64,000 bases of DNA from positions 1 through 64,000 of the forward strand of contig JAQGDQ010000095.1 in NCBI GenBank assembly GCA_030141605.1, read 5' to 3'. Each line of letters starts with the position of its first letter. Within the stretch, counting starts at the first letter, position 1. The DNA is from Tubiluchus corallicola (taxonomy: Eukaryota > Animalia > Priapulida). The position numbers were made by a program, and so were the translations under genes. This document shows, one piece after another, positions 38,901-52,740 of this stretch. Below the pieces are notes generated by a model that searched no databases, had not been told where the DNA came from, and worked only from the letters and a program-made list of their open reading frames with translations.

Positions 38901-41900
38901 CTAGACGATTTTTTTCACATTTTCTAGCACTGTAAATGGACAATTCTATTTCGTGCAAAGTGAGGGATCTCACTGTGATCACATTTTGTGCGATTTTAGC
39001 TTGAACAGACATTTGGCAGAAAATTAGAGAAAGGGAAGTGACTATTAAATTCGGGAGCCTCCTGATCAAATCAGGAGAGTGAAATGACATATCACAGATG
39101 GCCAAAATTAATCTCGGAATAATCAAGTAGTTAGGCAACCAATTTATTTATTAAAGTTGTAGCCATGTGGAAATTATGATCGACCTGTACATTGCTCCAT
39201 TATGCTGTATGAATGATAGCGTATGTTCTACGTACTCCTGCGAATCAAATCTGTGATCCACAAGTAAACTGCTAGACACAACTTTTTAGGTTAATACATG
39301 CAAAGCAATTAAAGGTAATAATTAGGCTAAATTTCATGAAATTTACATTTAGTTTAAGTTAGGAGTTACTGAGCACTTTCAAGCATTTTTGCAACAATAA
39401 TAATTGCACTAGTGTTACAATTGTAATTGACAAAAATAGTTCAGGTAAAGCCATATTAAATCATCTAGTGTATTATTTTATTTATGACTTGTACAGCTCA
39501 AGGCTTTTGGCTTGGTGCCATTTTTTTTCTTGTTGATCACTCATAAGAATCAACTGTGTTCTTACAATTTTATCCCTTGGAAAATGCGAATATGATCACT
39601 TTTTGTCAGAAACATTAATTAAGGCTGCAAGGTAGTGAGACAAGCAACAATGATGAAAAAACAGAAGATTTAACCGCATTGCAATAATAAAACAATGAAG
39701 CGCGAGATAGCTTTACATCATGCTAAAACTGTAGTGCACTGAGCTTAACATTGAAAATACCTTCAGCACTGCTTTAAGGACAGTAAACCAAATGTGGGTT
39801 TTGTTTGACCTCAGTTGACCAATCATCCATTTGCAGTTCACTTCCTACTTCGTTAATATAGCTGATTATCAGTTTATTTTCTCCATTCATTTTTTCACTG
39901 ATGATTCATAGCTGAATTGACCCAGCCCTAAACTGTATGCCCTAAATTTTAAGTTCTTAATACTATGATCTTTAAATAGATAAATATTCCTCTTTCAAGC
40001 AAGTTCTTATTTTCCTTAACTATCTTGTTACCTAATCATAAAGCAAATTTTCTAGAAAAAAAGAATGAAAAAGCATAATTTGCTGAATCACAAATTTATT
40101 TTTCTTTTAATTAACAACTTAGATTAGGAGCATAACTTTTTTTAAATTTATATAACATGAATGAATTATTTTCTTAGGTGTGGTTTTGCAGGGGAAACAG
40201 GACCTCGGTCTATTATTCCCAGTGAAGTTATTCGTACGCAAACAGGAAAAAATTTAAAGCCAGTACGAATACGTGATTGCTCAGTCTTCAATGAAGAAGA
40301 ACTGTATGATGTCTTGGTTGATTTCATACATGTCATTTATTTCAGGTAATAGCTTAATTATGTGTTTTATTGGAATCTTGTTCGGATTGAGTCCTCTCAC
40401 TAAACGATTGATTAATTACAACAGTGTCATTCGTCCACAGCTAGTTAGCTCTTGCGGCAGCTGGAATCACTCCTGTGCCTAGCATGATGTACTGTGGGTG
40501 ACCAGTATGTCCATTTTATTGTAAAACTTCCTAGTTTATGGACGAGATTTCATTTTTCCTTTGCATCTCTTTTCTTTCATGTACCTTTATTTCATGTTTT
40601 TCCATTTTATGTGACACTGTTTCCATACTTTTCAGTGCCTAGCTCTCTTCGTCAGTCAAGCACTTCAACAAACAGTTTTTAATTTCTTTTTCGTCTATTT
40701 TCTAAAACGTTCAACTGTGTCTACATCTTGAAAAATCTCCAAAAAACAAGTGTGTCTTTTTGCTCACCTGTTTGAGCATCCGCTATGATTTTGTGTTTTG
40801 GCAATTTGAAGCAACGCAGAACAAAATTATAGCCCTAGTGAATATTCTGGTTGCCTAACGCAATGTGACAGTAATCTATTAAACCCTTTTCTGGAATAGA
40901 GCAATCCAGTTCAAAAGTCACATTGCCAGTATGGTTGTTAATTAGGTGTTACATATTTCTGCACAAGAAAACAATACTGCTTACATACAAATCAACCCAC
41001 GCGAAATTCGTGTAAAACACATAAACGAATTTGAGTATGGGGTGAATAGCTAAGTGGTCTCATGTGTATGCTTCATGACTCAAGTTAAGCCACTCCGAGG
41101 TTTGTTAGTGATTAATATATTATTATATTATATTGATATTTATATTATGTATGTATATATTTGTTAATTTTTTTATGTTAAACTTACAAAGAAGGTGTAT
41201 ATATATATTTAGCGGGTTTAGCTTTGATAATAAACCAAACTCCAATCTCACCAAATTAGGCATCAATATAAGTAAGCCTTGCCATTGGATGTTATGTTTC
41301 ACCTATTAAAAATGTAATTTTCTAAATGTTCCATAATAGTAGAGAGTGTAAGAGATATGAAAATGACATAGTATAAACATAGAAATTCCTTTATATAAAC
41401 AACTTTTGAACTGCTATTATAGTCCTTGTAAATAAAGCTTTGCTTTTTCAATTTTCTGATAACCAACAAAAATAGAAATTTAACTTTAAATTAGAATCAG
41501 TGAAATGTTAAAAAATTGCATCATTGATATGTGTATCTGCCAATCATAATTAAAGTGCTTACTAATTTTTTATATTAACCATATGTTATTTTTTTATTGC
41601 TTAGCTTTACTTGTTTCTCAAAGACGAAACTGCCATGACAAAATCTTTATTCTAGTATTTCAGTGTAATTTCTATTAGCTGTATAATTGTATTGCAGACA
41701 TTTACTAGTGAATCCCAAAGACAGGAGAGTTCTTATCATTGAGTCTATTTTGTGCCCAACATCATTTCGCAATGTGCTTGCTCGTGTTCTATTTAAACAT
41801 TATGAGGTGAGTATTTCAAGGTACATATATTTAATGTTAATTAAATAATGTGAATGGAAACAATATGTACATATTAAACCAAATGTCCATTGATACAGGA

Positions 41901-44900
41901 TATCTTGAAGCATAGTAGCAAGGTAAATGGTGTTAGAATACTGCTGTGATAGTAGTGGTTTCACACTTTTACCACTATCTTTGACTATTTCAGACTATTT
42001 CATACTTTCAGTCTGAAACCAATAATACGTATTGCATACCTCTAACACTTTCCAGCTTGTTGTTTGTCCACTATCGTATCTACAAGTATAAACCAACTTT
42101 TTTATTGCATGCAATGTTCTGTGTACTTTATATTTGCATCAATGTTCACAATCTTATTGTACGTTACATTGCATTTGTTTAAGTTATTTGTAATACATCA
42201 AATGAAAGCTCTCATTGAGACAAATTGAATGGTATAAATTGCACCAAGATTTGTTGACTCTTGACCCACCATTAAGGTGTGTAAACTGAAACTGGGGGTC
42301 GGGGAAACAAAAACTTCCAGTGTCGAGCAATAGTGGCTTGTAGTAAATCAAACAAAAGGTCTGGTGTCGATTAGACGAATTGAATGACCTGAGTTATGCC
42401 TAGGCTGGCTGACTACTAGCCTGGCTAGGGGAGAAAAACTTCAATTAGGGCATCAGGAGAGACGAAAATTCCCAGTGTCAAGTAACAGTAAGTTGTAGTT
42501 ATGTCAAATGAAAGGTTCCAACGAGATGAATTGTGTAGTATGTCACGCAAGCATTGACACCCTGAGGTCACAAGTTAAGATTGTTTAAATGGTGTATGTT
42601 TACCCATGTTTGATTGACCTTGACCCATGGGTGGCGGGTCAAAAGTGAGAGTTCCGATTTCTTACTTATGTACATATTGTTAATTATTTTGAAAAATATT
42701 TTTATTTGTAAATAAGAAACAAAAACTGTCACTTAAAGCATCTCCAGTCATAGAAGCAGAATCTTACCATAGTTTTTGATGAGGTCAAAACCTGTCACTG
42801 GTTTACATCTATTTTTGATTGCAGGTAATGTCTGTGCTGTTTGCACCAACACATTTGATGTCTCTCTTCACACTTGGCATACAAACGGCTGTCGTCCTAG
42901 ACTGTGGTTACAAAGAATCCTTCGTTCTTCCTGTATCCTTAATTGCTTGCTAGTTGTCAACAATTTGTTAAATTTTGTGACTTTCTGCAATGACATAATG
43001 TGCAGACCATTTTACCCTACTGCTGACTCCCTTGATATGATTTTATTGGTGTTTTACAATTAACACTTGATTTGAGATGAACAGCATTCAGTAAGTGACA
43101 AAAAAGTTTTTAAGCAAGCAAATCTTTACCTGTGAATAAGCAAAGCATTTTGCAAGTATGACTTTAGTAGAAACGCTTAATTTGTTATTAAGAATAGCTG
43201 GTCCTAGTAAATTAACTTGACTGAATCACTAAAGCATATTAATTTTCATTTTGCTCAAAGGGCAGATAATAAAGGATAATTTATTAATTGTAAAGCTTTT
43301 TTGACTTGCATTTCTTAATAATGATTAGATTTTTAATGGTGTGCCATTGCTTGGTGCTTGGGAATCTCTGCCACTTGCAGCCAAATTGCTACATTCTAGT
43401 CTTGAACAGCAGCTTCTGAAGAATTGCTTGGTTACAATAGACAAGTCAGAGAATGTTAAATTGTCAGCATTTGTAGGTTAGTAGCACCTGTATAGTAACA
43501 GATTATTATTATTTTTTGTTATATGTATTTTCTTCTAGAAATTGGATTAGAAAATTCACCTAAGATAATTCTGATTTTCTTAGAATAATTCCTAATTGCT
43601 ACCACTAAAACTGTTTGTGATTGTTCAGGATCATTCCTAATCGCTAACACTAACCTAAAATTGTTTGCGATTGTTCAGGATGACTGTTGTAAGCAGTTGT
43701 ACTTATGTGACCTGTATATTGTTTGGCATGGTCAGGCTTTGAGTGTTTTTTGGTTTTCAGAGAATTTTCACTTATTATTACTACTTTGCTAATGCTGCTT
43801 CATTTTATTGTAGGCCCATGTTTTGTGTGAATCAATAGAATAAATTTTGCACAAAGCACTTCAACATTGTTTCAGAATCCCATGTGCTGCATTTGTTGTG
43901 GAGTCACATTGGTGAAACCCCAGTAAACTTCATTTTATTGTTAGTAAGGTGTTTATATCGAGAGCTCACAAAAAATACTTGAGTTTTTCATGTTGTCATA
44001 TTGTAACTGAGCATGTAATAAATAAAAAGTGACAAAACAATAAGTATGCAGGAAGAAGCACATTAAAGGGTACATTAGTGACAAAGATTTAAGAGGTACA
44101 GAATAGATTGATAGCTGTCCTAACTCTAATGCCAGTGTGCCACTGTATTTCGTGTGGGAGTAATTGTAAGAGCCACATATTTTATATGTATTGCAGCTGT
44201 TGCTCATCATGAACTATGCAATTATGCTGTGACTCAGTAAGTTTCCTTATCATAATACATTTAAATACGTAATGCATGGTAAACGAAAAGCTATGATTGC
44301 TGTTTGATGATAAAAACTATGTTCACTATTTTTTGCAGATAGTATCAAAGACACAGTCCTTGAGGATATAAAAGGTATGCCTGGTATGGCTAAATCCTTG
44401 AAAACACAATGAATCATTGATATTAGTAAAATTACTGGAAATTGCTGTCTTGTTTGCAGGCAGGCAGTAGATGCTTTCCCACAAACTGCATGTAATAATA
44501 ACGTCATTTATGCCATATTTGTAACATTTTTAGCTCTGTGTTAGGTGGGCATAAACTTTCCAACAGCAGTTTAGCACTTGTGAGAGGCATAGCAACTTGT
44601 GAGAGGCATAGCTGGCATGAAATTCTCCTACTTGTGTATTCGTTGCCTCAGAAATCATCGCAGAGACTTTCCTGATTCCCACGCATCCTTGCTAAACTCT
44701 AAATTTAATACACTGGATAATTTAATGATTCATTAGTTTAATTTTTATTTAGCTGAGGTAACTGAAATGACTGCAGATTACTGTCAGCAGCAGTTACTTT
44801 CGTCAACTGTAGAAAAGTTCTAAAGGGTTGTTTCCTGAATGTATATAGTACACCAATTAAAAAAGCAATGTTAGTACATCAATTTAAAAAAAGCAATGTC

Positions 44901-47900
44901 TTACCCAAGCAGCTTTTGTGACAAGTGTTGCTTAACTGCTGTGGCTAGGCAGCAAAACAACAGTACTGTACTGTTGCATGACAGCCAAGACAATGCAAAT
45001 TATCTAAATTACCTCAGATTAAAAAAGGCTGGCTGTAATTGCCGGGCTTCTACATTTTCTTGGTAGCCATATTGTTTGTTTCTTCCATTTAATATAAACT
45101 TGGTTTTTGTAGACAAGGCACAAAATGCATCTTCCGTCATTAAGAAAGTTGCACTGACTTATGTATATTTCCATGATCTAGAGCTATAGAATTTCTCCTG
45201 ATAGTGCTGACAGGAAATAAACAAAAAAAGAGATACGGTTGAATCCCGGTATAACTCTCAGTAGTACAATGATTTTATTATTTCCCTGCCGAGATTATAA
45301 TGCATCGTATGTAATTACATATGGTTACTACGAATGCCATTTTGCATGTTGCTTTTCAAAGTGTCGCCAGTGTGAGTTTAATGCAAAGAAACACTTATAA
45401 TACGATTTCTGATGTAGCATGCCACCCGCCCTATCTAGATATTTTTCACCTGTTGTGACAGTGGCTATAGCTTAGTTGATTGTTTTGACACTTCACTGTG
45501 TGTGATAGCATAATGCTTGTACTGTACGTACATTATCACAGCTAGGCCTACTTTTGAGCTTCATACTGTGCGATCAAATTGTTGATTTCCAAAGGGCGTT
45601 AGGCTTTCCACACTGATAAAAATTTGCCATTATAGGTTAAATCACCTGTAATTGTTTCTGCCTACCTTTCTATTTGTAGCAGCTAAGCCTCGTTTACAGA
45701 TATCCAGACAATCCAGTTATATGCAGAGCAGCAAAAAGCAACATGCGGTAAACTCTGGTACTGCTAACTCTTTTGCTTACAAGCTTGCTTCTAGATGGAC
45801 TAGTCTTTTGGCAGCATGTTGAGATAATTTTGTAGTTTGTACTTGTTGTGTTTTGTTTCTCTCGGAAGACTCGTAGAGAAAACCAGAAAATGCATCGTCA
45901 AATAAAACTAATTTATTATGAAGGAACGCGAAATGTTTACAGTAAATGTGATAATCTGGAAAGCGAGAAAGCGTATCTCAGAATACAAGGATACAAGAGA
46001 ATAATCTCGAGCGGCCAGCTCCGCCAGAAAGCACTACGCGTATCTGGTATAGAAAGTTCTCGAATCTTCTACAAGGTAAGAAGATTGTTCTATTATACTA
46101 TAGAACATTCTACAATATACTATTTAATTCTAGTGGATCTCCACAACAGTACTTGTGAGAAACTGGCATTAAACAAGCTTAAGAACACGCGCGTCTATTA
46201 ATTTTTGCATTAGTAATAACATTATTATGAGTTATCAAACATGCATATAATGAATGTAGTAAGAAACATGCTTAATACGAAAAAATATATTGGTCCCATT
46301 AAAATCGTATTACCAGGATTCAACTGTATCTGCTGGTGGCTTAAAATAAAATAAAATTCAAAATGTTTAATTTTGAAGACAAAAGGCTGTTTCTTTTAAT
46401 ATAATTGTACACTCTGTGACAATGTGGTAAGTGGTAATATTAGTTACATACTAGAAAAATATTTTCTTTTATTGCCGTCATAAGTGAGCCCTTTATGTAG
46501 GTTACTATGCTTCATTCCATTATTTGTTTTGGTGAAGCTTTCAAGTTGTCCTCTGTTTTTCACATTACAGAAATAAAAAATTGCCAGAATTGTGTCTCAT
46601 CAAGTCTTGAGACCATAATGTAGTAGGCGTTCTTCACATACATATTAGGTAATAAGAATGTAACATCCAGTTTTTCTGGTGCTAAATTTATGTGGAGTGA
46701 TTGCATTGGTAACACATATGCATATTTCAGTAAAAAAAAATTGCTGATTTATTTAAAGTGATTGTATGTTATACAAGTTCAAAAGCACTGAAATATATAC
46801 ATGTTTGCTTGTAACATCTTCTACCTTTATTTATAAATGTGATGTTGATTTTAAATTATTTTTCATATTGATCACAATTTTCATATCATGCCTTAGTAAA
46901 ACTTACTATTTTTAGTGAGAACATGTTTTGTGACAAAGCTAGAAAGAGGAAAGCAAATACAGGATGCGACTGAGCAAAATGGAAGTTTAGAAGCGGAGAA
47001 GGTGTGGTTTTCTTAATAATTCGCATTCATATTACCTTTTAACAGCAGACAGCTTGATTTAATTAGTTTACAACAAAGGAACAAACACTGTGAATTAGCA
47101 ACATGAATTGGCAAGTATGATTTTAGTTTTTGTGCATTATTTTTTCTACCTTTATTTGCTTAAACATTTAATTCATACAAATACTCGTAGTGTGTTTAAG
47201 GTTTGTATGTACGTAGGCTAAGTATATTAACGTGTAAATTTGTTTTGTAATATGTAGCTTCCATCTTGTCCTGCTGATGTCAATTATCCAATGGATGGAA
47301 ATAAAGTGTTGCACGTTTCAGGCAGAATTAGGTACTTACTGTTCTTCTTTACACTCTTTATAAAGTGTTAGTCTTTTACTGAAACAATTGCTTTGATTGT
47401 CTTTTTAACTTTTGTATAAAAGTCTGTTATATTGATTACATGCTTGAAAAATTTTGATTCTGCATCCAAGCATAATTTTTTTTAAAGCAATTAAACATTA
47501 TGAAAAACTGCAAAAACTTGTTAACTGTATTAATTTTAACTTTATTAATTTCCAAGATGCATATTTAACTTTGTAAATAATTGGAAGATTTTAAGAACAA
47601 GATTTGTGCCATTTAATGAAAGATGGCCTGCTATAATTTTTCTCGATAGAAAATTGCTGAATTCAAGACATAGTTGTCATAATCTATTACAAGGAATTTG
47701 TCTTTATTGTGTGTAAGCATTGTACAAGACAAGCGTTACCAATGATTCGTATTTTTATACCTACATTGTATTGCAGCTGTACTATCGTATAGTGTATTGT
47801 ATTATATAATATCAGTCATTGTAAACTTAGAACCGTAAATCTCATTTTCTTTTCATAAAAAATGACAGAGCTATTTGTTTGTAGGGAATCGCTTGCTGAA

Positions 47901-50900
47901 GAACTATTTAAGATGAATGATGATGGACAATCATTACCAGCAATGCTCTTAGATTCTATTCTAAAGGTAAGTATAATATAATTAACACCTTTATAATTAC
48001 TACCATCTTATCAGTAGCTTTTTATATTTTGAAAATAATTGTACAGATTTTTAATAGTGTTGCTCCGGATACACTTTTTTGTTATACACAGATACTGAAT
48101 AACAGATATCATCTAATATTTGCTCAATTTGTCTTTTGGATTCAAATTATAACCAGATAGGTTAGCTAAATTTGGACTGAATAAGTTTGGGTAATGAAAA
48201 ATTAGTTAGCGAACTTTAGCATTTTCATTTAATCTGTCATTTTAAAGAACCAAGCTCGAAGGTGCACCATATTACCACACAAATGAAAAAAGATGTGTAA
48301 AATTTTCGTCTTGAAAACACACAAACATAGGCTAAAATGATCTCTATGTTTTTTGGTAATATCTGTGGGCTGTTAAATTATTCAAGAACCGTTTTCAATT
48401 GCACATCACAAACAGCAAATATATTTGTGAATATCAAATTTTTATAACTACAGGATAATATTGGATATGAATACCTACAGAATCTTGAAAATATCACCAT
48501 TTTCGGATACGATCCGGAGCAACACTAATTACTAAGTACTTGTTAATTCTGCACCTTCAATTTTGCTATTGCATCTAGTGTCAAAAGTACCTATTAACTA
48601 TGATTACTAAAAGTCATACAAACTATGATTGATACAAGTCAATTAGCAATACTTGAAATAATAGCCAATTTTGTGTTTATGATTTAGTGCCCTATAGACA
48701 CCAGGAAAGATCTAGCTACAAACATTGTGATTATTGGAGGAACAGCGATGCTGCCTGGTTTTAAACATCGTTTACTTGCTGAATTAAGGGAGTTGTGCCA
48801 CACTCCACATTACTCAAATGTATTAGCTCTTGATACGTTCAAGATACACATTCCTCCATGTAAAGAAAATTACACTGCATGGCTAGGAGGTATGTTTATA
48901 AAGGGATGGGTTGGTGAAGCTGTTTGTATAAGTTTGTCTTAATTACAAGAAGCAGACATTGTGTACTAATACAGTCTAATCCCATTAATACGATTTTCAT
49001 GGGGCCAAAATATTTTTTGTATTAAGGGGGTTTCGTACTATCCATTACAGGTATACTAATGCAGAATAGCAGTTAACACAATCTTTTGTCAGTTAGCACA
49101 ATTTAAGCTTCTTTAAAATGCCCCCCCCCATTTCGCATAAATACAAACTGTAAAATTAAACCAACGTGTTGCCAGTCAGTTGGTCTGGTCAGTCTAAACT
49201 CGAAAGCAAGCAAGGAGCTTGCGGCGCCAGATAGTCTGCAGTATGTTAAAACCATGAATACATCGCAATCTTAATGCCCACCTACACAACAAAATTTTGC
49301 TATAGCCACTGCTATGGTATTACAGTTGTATACGTGTAAGTGAGGCCTAGCTGTTTAGGGATGAGAAGCCAGGCAGTGACAAATACTAGTTTTAACTATA
49401 AGGGCAATAGTATTACATTTTATTAGTAAGTCTTGAAGAAATCACTAATTTTACGTTTTCCGTTCTTACATGCAAAATTAGTAATGAAGTCATTCAAACT
49501 TTGCACTAAACTTTGAATATCTTGTTGAATGTATTGACTAGTTATTGACCAGCTTCAAAGTTTAAGCTAAACTATGGCAAATGTTGCTACTGCATAAAAT
49601 CATTATGTGTACTTGCATTACATTATGATGCATATTGGTTGTAAAAAACATAGCTGTGGTTACCTTGGCAACTGGTGGTTTATTTATATTGAAACTACAT
49701 TGGCGGGGCTTTGCTACAACATCGTACAAACGGGGGTTGCGTAGTAACCATACATGATTACATAGGTTTTATTAAAGGCTTAACAAGGACATAATAAAAT
49801 CACGTAATACCGAAAGTTATGTTATAAGCAGATTCGTATTATCGGGTTTCGACTGTAGTTAACTTATTGTGCTTGCATTTTTACCAGATAATGCCAAGAT
49901 TTAAAGTAGAGTTTAGACTTTTCAAAAGCCCATCATTTTGGTTTTTGATATGTACTTTATTCTAACCAAGTTTAATTTAAAAAATTAAAAGAAACTTGTC
50001 GTTTATTCCGTTATTAACTGATTGCTAATTTTAAAATTAATAAAATTATTTAATTATCAGTAACAATTATAAAATCTTACATTTATATGCATACAGTAAA
50101 ATTTGCTCCCTTTATTTATCTTAAGCGAATGACACTTTCAATTTAACAGTTTTGAAGACCATTTTGACTAGCGTTTTTATCACTGTTGGCAAAATCGCTG
50201 CAAAAACACTCGTCAAAACGTGTATAGCTACAGTGAGACAGAAACTCTAGCAGGTTAGAGCTTTTTTCTCACAATGCCACAAAATTGCAGAAATTGTTGG
50301 CAAGAAAACACTGTAACACTGAAGCAATAAAAACCACTTCTGAAGGTGTTAGTCGCAGTGAAAAACGGTAGGGCTTTTTTCTCACAGCGCCACAAAAGTG
50401 CCTTTGAAAATGGCTATTGCAGCTTTTGTTCTGCAGGCACGTCATTGAAGAATGCTGCTGTACACATATTGTCTAGCAAATAACTTTTCTGTACAAGTGC
50501 CATTGCATTGATGTGGAGAAGATTGTGTGTACTATATTGCAAATTACTGTGATTCAACATGCAAAAAAATAAATCCTTTGAATGGAAAAAAATGACAAGG
50601 CAAACATTCGCTGAAAACCTGCAGAAGTAGCCATGCTTATGGAATGTGAAAGACAAACATCATTTTAACAAAGATTAGAAGTCATTGACAGCTTTATTAA
50701 CTGACATGAGCACATCCAATTTATCTATCAATGAATTAAAAAGTAACTACGCAATATACCTGTATATTGGGGCTGTGCCGAAACCTGATTTTAACGAACC
50801 GAACCAGTACCAAATTTTTTTAACCTTTTTTCGGCCGAACCAAATTTAAACCGAACTTCTACAATTTTATTTGAACCTGATTTGAGCCAAATTTCACAAT

Positions 50901-52109
50901 TTTTTTACCAAAACCATATTGAGCTGAATTTCACAAATTTTTTTACCGAAACCGAATTGAGCCGAATTTTTTTACCGAAACTTATAGTATAAAAAATTTC
51001 AATAGTTACAAGTGGTATCAGCAGGTTTTTCAAAAAGGGGTTTATTTTCACACTTGGAGAGGTAATATTTTGTATTATGTAATCCCCCTCGATAGGTTTA
51101 CAAATTTTATCTTGATAACTCAAACACTAGATAACCACTACTTAAATCAGTTTTCTTTAACAAATAACAGTATAGTAATTGTAGCTTTATCTGTAACCAT
51201 ATAGCCAACATTTACCTATTGTATCAGGGTCTCAAATATTTTGCACTAAACTTCAATTTGCCGTGTTAAAAACGTAATGAATAAAAAATCTCATATGCTT
51301 GTGCTTGATATGCATTGTTTACCTGCGGTTGACACATTTATACTAAATTCACTGAACAATGTTGATAGTAATTATTAATCCACGCAAAATTCACAATTTC
51401 TTCTGCTAAATTAATTAACTATGTACATACATAGTAGAAGTGAAAACGTGAACCAATGTCATCTAGGTGCATCACCTCAAATAGTAAAATTTTACGAACC
51501 TAGTTCAAGTGGCCAGCCTACCATGCGCTAACAGTTTTGTCGAAAAATTATCAGTTGGTTTTGCCAGGCTTAGTTGTATTGCTTAATAGCGGCGTTCGTT
51601 GGACAAAAATGACTAATTATAAAAACTTCCGAATTTCGTTGCATCCCTACTGTACATGCGGCTATCATACAACAATGTCCATTTTCACCGAGAGTTCAAA
51701 ATGCAGCAAGAAAGCTACTAGTGAAAACACTGGAGAGTTCTATAGAGCTATACTCATTTTCACTGAGCGTTAAAAGTACCGCGATAAATGCAGCTTGAAA
51801 TACACTAGTCAAAATGGGCTTTTGGGCATTTTGTATGCTCACATAACAATAGTAGGCCTGATTATAAAAACTCAAATGGTACTACGTCGTAGAATAGATG
51901 ACATACATGAATATATTGCAGTGGTCTTTGTATAGAACGATACTGGTAATATATTGTTATTTTTAGGTGCCATATTTGGAGCACTTGAAATTCTTCCAAG
52001 TCGGTCGTTAAGCAAAGAGCAATATTTAGACAGTGGAAAAGTACCTGATTGGACTATTATATCAAATGGTTTCAGTCGTGGAATGGAAGAGAAAGCAGTT
52101 TTATGTTAA
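35926..52109 (+). CDS. ACTR10: Actin-related protein 10 (dynactin pointed-end Arp11), 11 coding exons
   Basis: Exons 35926-36011, 40178-40345, 41698-41806, 42825-42932, 43329-43476, 44339-44374, 46916-47001, 47258-47331, 47885-47966, 48688-48889, 51967-52109, all phases consistent. [80 protein letters not shown]. Confidence 0.93.
36240..37020. mobile_element. Non-autonomous DNA transposon-like element in ACTR10 intron 1
   Basis: Inverted ends (GGGTGCCGTGTAACC / GGTTACACTGCGCCC), subterminal repeats GTACATGGGCTAGCCCAAGTAG mirrored at the far end; related copy at about 29135-29715. Confidence 0.6.
42933..43328 (+). other. U12-type (minor spliceosome) GT-AG intron in ACTR10
   Basis: Donor GTATCCTT, branch-site-like TTTCTTAAT (43311-43319) 9 nt before the 3' junction, no polypyrimidine tract; reading frame continues VLP/IFNG. 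Confidence 0.85.
45236..46326. mobile_element. pogo/Tigger-like MITE
   Basis: TA-CGGTTGAATCCCGGTA ... TACCAGGATTCAACTG-TA. Confidence 0.65.
45844..46148. mobile_element. Solo LTR nested in the Tigger-like MITE
   Basis: TGTTGTG...CACAACA termini with perfect 5-bp TSD GTACT. Confidence 0.8.
48055..48527. mobile_element. hAT MITE
   Basis: TIRs TAGTGTTGCTCCGGAT / ATCCGGAGCAACACTA; degenerate 8-bp TSD ATTTTTAA/ATTACTAA. Confidence 0.78.
48972..49855. mobile_element. pogo/Tigger-like MITE
   Basis: TA-CAGTCTAATCCCATTAATACGA ... TCGTATTATCGGGTTTCGACTG-TA. Confidence 0.7.
50158..51820. mobile_element. Degenerate TIR element carrying a nested hAT-like end (50768-50985)
   Basis: CCATTTTGACTAG / CTAGTCAAAATGG inverted ends; internal GGGGCTGTGCCGAA with CCGAA subterminal repeats. 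Confidence 0.45.
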
Positions 52110-52740
52110 TTTATTTTGACGTTGGTAAATAATGGTAGTGCTAGTTCCTGGTGATTCATGTAAAAAATGGTAGTATTCATAGTTTTACTGCTTCAACGTT
52201 ACAGAAATGTACATATAGATTCAATTTGCATATCTATAGTACATATTAGAATCTCTTTTTAAATTAATGTTGTACATTGAATTATGTGTTGAATTTTAGG
52301 ATTCAAGTTCTAATGCACATTAAGCTTTAGCAAAGGCATGAAACTACAAACTTTACCTGCATTTCAGATGCTTTGATGCACTTACCTCATTATTGTAGAC
52401 CAAAGTGTCAACACTGCTGGTAAAATCTAATTGTAAAAACTTCAATTTTGCATGTTCAGATATTTGAGTCTTGGTCATATTGACGTTTGTGTTCAGGGTT
52501 AGGATGTACAGTATTGCTCATGTGTAGCGAGGTGTTTCATCTACTAATCTCTTACTTTAAATTACAATTAATACAAATTGAAAAATCATTGGACCACATA
52601 CTTTATTTGTAAGTGACTAATACTCCAGAAAACATGCTTCATGTCTAACTTTAGTAAACAGTATCACTTTGTAATTCAAGTCACACTAAGGTTAGAGTAT
52701 TGCTAGCATCAGATCGATTTGTTTGTGTATTGGAAGTGAC

